NCBI RefSeq assembly: GCF_009834535.1
Contig: NC_045697.1
Span: forward strand, 8,434,001-8,498,000
DNA: 64,000 nt
Source: Camelus ferus
Lineage: Eukaryota
Direction of reading: 5' to 3'
Shown here: positions 62,961 through 64,000 of the stretch, in pieces
Position numbering within the stretch: the stretch's first letter is position 1
Layout of the letters: each line of letters starts with the position of its first letter
Notes under the pieces: generated by a model
Database searches by the model: none
Seen by the model: the letters and a program-made list of their open reading frames with translations, nothing else
Told to the model about the DNA's origin: nothing
Program-made: the position numbers and the translations under genes

Positions 62961-64000
62961 CCCTGTATCCATGCTCCATAGTCCATCAGCCAGGTGAGCT
63001 TGGAGGGGTACAAAGAGTGAGTCTGCATTTAGGGCAGCCCTCCCACCCAGGCCGCCTCCAGCCACCCCTGGTGTCCACCACCCCCTCCTTACAGACCCTT
63101 TCTTTGGCGCAAGCCTTGGAGCTCCTCTCCTTGCCTGTTACATAAAAGTACATCCAATTGGGGTCACCTGTCACTACACTTTAATGTGAATAAATCTGCC
63201 CTAGTTTTAGGTATCAGAAGGTGTGAATCAGATTCCACTAATATCCTTCCAATCCGGTGAGCCTGAGTCCACAAGAATCTCTCAGTGTCCCTCGCTTCTC
63301 TTCTTTCTGTCTGTGGCCGAATCCCCACTCCCCACCGACCTGTGGTACCAACTTCTTAATGGGTTTTGCCACAAACATAACAGACACAACCTACACTTCC
63401 CAGTCCCTCTCCTCATGTCCAGCACCATGCCATCCAGCAGGAGAGATCTCCTCTCCATGTCCAGCTGTCTCACTTCATCCACCCCAAAGATTCCTCACTT
63501 CCTGGGGGTCGCCCTACTGAGCGGAGATTCTCTTCAGAGTCTCTCTCCTGAAGGAAGTGGAAGAGGACCCAGTTCCGGTGGAAATTCTGAACGTCGAGAC
63601 CTAATTTTCGGCCTTGGAAGGAAGGGGTTTTTACTTCCCGCTGTGAGCTTGGCCTGGGGTTTTCTTTCCCCGGCCTCCTCTCTCCAAGAAGGAAGGCAGA
63701 CTCTAACGTGAGAGGTGATGCTGCCCAAGATGCCCACTTCCATTTTTTTTTTCTTAAAACACAAACTGTAAGCCTAATGTCTCTTTGTCCTCATTTCTAA
63801 GAGAGCAATACTTCTCTACTTTCAGCAAAAATGAGAATATAAGCATATAATAAAAGGCATCTGACTCTTAGCTTCCATCAGGGAGATGAAAGGGAACGGT
63901 GGGGATAGGGTTTCCTGGAGAACACTTTTCCTTTCCCTTTTAAGTGTAGGAGACACCATTCAGTCCCAGATAATTCATACCAAATAGGACAAGAAAAATT

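Noticed and set aside
1..64000. CRISPR arrays, operons or other prokaryote-type systems; identity of the neighbouring host gene
   Set aside because: The sequence is mammalian, with no regularly spaced repeat-spacer array and no gene-dense segment. No exon was recognised, so the locus cannot be named without a genome search.

Overview
Mammalian genomic DNA, most likely a camelid (alpaca/llama/camel). The species call rests on five copies of a tRNA-Ala-like SINE (GGGGAGGGTATAGCTCAGTGGTAGAG..., AAATAAATAAACCTAATTACCTCCCC tail) that resembles the camelid Vic-1 type. No host protein-coding exon can be supported; the window reads as a repeat-rich intergenic or intronic region. It contains: a young 5'-truncated LINE-1 with a perfect 18-bp target-site duplication (TSD) (50533-53535); an older 5'-inverted L1; a degenerate ERV-L provirus (gag/pol/RNaseH/dUTPase plus a 3' MLT2 LTR) with nested insertions; several MLT1/MLT2 LTRs; an ERV1-type solo LTR; HAL1, L2, MIR and DNA-transposon relics; and three or four repeat-free blocks dense in homeodomain/TALE motifs that look like developmental enhancers. 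The most unusual item is an ~87-bp insertion inside ORF2 of the young L1. It contains an exact 55-bp copy of that element's own upstream flank, including most of its TSD, together with short pieces templated from nearby sequence, which suggests template jumping during integration or later polymerase-theta-type repair. Two MIRs also carry strongly AT-to-GC-biased substitutions, suggestive of GC-biased gene conversion tracts. Repeat subfamily names come from recalled consensus sequences, not from a search, and boundaries of old repeats are approximate.
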